Source: a virus (taxonomy: Duplodnaviria; Caudoviricetes). From it: a stretch of 64,000 nucleotides of DNA. Of the stretch, positions 63,138 through 64,000 are shown piece by piece. A model generated the notes under the pieces. The model made no database searches. It was not told where the DNA came from and saw nothing but the letters and a program-made list of their open reading frames with translations. Position 1 is the first letter of the stretch, and every line of letters starts with the position of its first letter. A program made the position numbers and the translations under genes. The DNA lies in IMG/VR virus record IMGVR_UViG_3300038379_000133, positions 800 to 64,799 of that record, one strand, 5' to 3'.

Positions 63138-64000
63138 ATGGCCGGCGACAACTTCCAGGATCAAGTCAAGCTATCGAGCGATGGGGTCACGCTCGCGCAC
63201 GAGGGCAACGCTTTTCATGTCGGCGACGGCCTAGCAGGAGCCAAGAGCATCGGCTTTCTCAATGATGCAGGGCGCCTAGAGCTAGCTGGCAATGCGACTG
63301 CGAACGCTACGGTCTATCTACCGGCAGCCGGCGGAACGCTCGCGGCTGTCTCCGGTGTCCTGGCCTCGCTGTCAGCCGGCACGACACGCATCACGAGCGG
63401 GGAAGCTGTGTTCTCGAATGCGAACGGACTGTCGTTCGGCGTAGATGGGCAGACGGTGACGGGCTCGTACACGAGGCCCGTCGTATCGAATGCCTTGCAG
63501 GACGTAGGGACAGCTACCGGCAGCGGCGCGAATACGAGCCGATTCGCTGCGGATGACCACGTGCATCGAGGCATCTTGGCGGTCGGCGCGTCAGGCGGAA
63601 ACACAGCAGGAGATACCGGATCTCGGTTCGGCGTAGTAGTCGTCGCAGGCGGTGCTGGGGTTGTTGTCTCGCAGGCCACTGGCGCGGTATCGAACACGCT
63701 GTCGATTGTGAATTCATGGAGCACGGCGACGACGGTGAGCGCTGTCGCGAGCGCAAACGCGATCGGCGCTAACGCAGGCCGCTTTGCGCTAGAGGGGCAC
63801 CAGCACGCCGGGCTCAACACCGTGTCGATCGTCGGTAATACCTCGGGGGACACGAGCGCTGGGCCTGGATCTCTCGTCCTCGCTGGAGGGCCGAACGTGA
63901 CGCTCTCCTGCTCGACCGCTGCGGGCGGAATGACCGTATCCATCAGCGGTGGCGCTGGGGCTGGCGGCGGCGATGTCATCGCGGCCGGTACGCAGACTGC
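63138..64000 (+). CDS. Fibre-like protein, runs off the right edge
   Basis: Not in ORF track (no stop); hand translation open to the end; SAGTTRIT, RFAADDHVH, GNTAGDT, RFALEGHQH. Confidence 0.8.
   Translation, partial: MAGDNFQDQVKLSSDGVTLAHEGNAFHVGDGLAGAKSIGFLNDAGRLELAGNATANATVYLPAAGGTLAAVSGVLASLSAGTTRITSGEAVFSNANGLSFGVDGQTVTGSYTRPVVSNALQDVGTATGSGANTSRFAADDHVHRGILAVGASGGNTAGDTGSRFGVVVVAGGAGVVVSQATGAVSNTLSIVNSWSTATTVSAVASANAIGANAGRFALEGHQHAGLNTVSIVGNTSGDTSAGPGSLVLAGGPNVTLSCSTAAGGMTVSISGGAGAGGGDVIAAGTQT

Larger units (their letters stand above)
1..64000. mobile_element. Tailed phage / prophage genome segment (contractile-tailed, SPO1/K-like morphogenesis module)
   Basis: Continuous terminase-portal-protease-capsid-neck-sheath-tube-TMP-baseplate-fibre order on +; recombinase and accessory genes on -; no host housekeeping operons. 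Confidence 0.95.

Noticed and set aside
1-64000. Stop-codon reassignment
   Set aside because: Long genes are intact under code 11, and TAG, TGA and TAA all end genes at sensible overlaps.

Overview
The whole window reads as part of one high-GC tailed-phage (or prophage) genome with two divergent arms around a non-coding control region (~10.5-11.6 kb). The left arm (minus strand, 10510 to <1) is accessory: tyrosine recombinase, three small ORFs, a compact retron-type reverse transcriptase followed by a highly structured intergenic element with msr/msd-like architecture, a MoxR/RavA-type AAA+ ATPase and vWA partner, a broken DUF6744-like gene, a small protein resembling Csx15/16/20, a degenerate comM, a short foreign patch (tRNA-like fold plus restriction-endonuclease fragment) and an SNF2 helicase. 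The control region holds two 10-bp-period tandem arrays, one next to an AT-rich tract (candidate iteron origin). The right arm (plus strand) has replication/modification genes (beta-class DNA MTase, DnaC/IstB-like ATPase, RusA), a CHAP lysin cassette, a glycosyltransferase-methyltransferase pair and an SPO1/phage K-like myovirus morphogenesis module (terminase, portal, protease, capsid, sheath, tube, chaperones with a likely +1 frameshift, tape measure, baseplate, beta-helix fibre) that runs off the window. The best candidate for an undescribed system is the phage-borne RT + 3'-located retron-like ncRNA + AAA+/vWA unit. All homology calls come from motif recognition by eye; no searches or folding programs were run.
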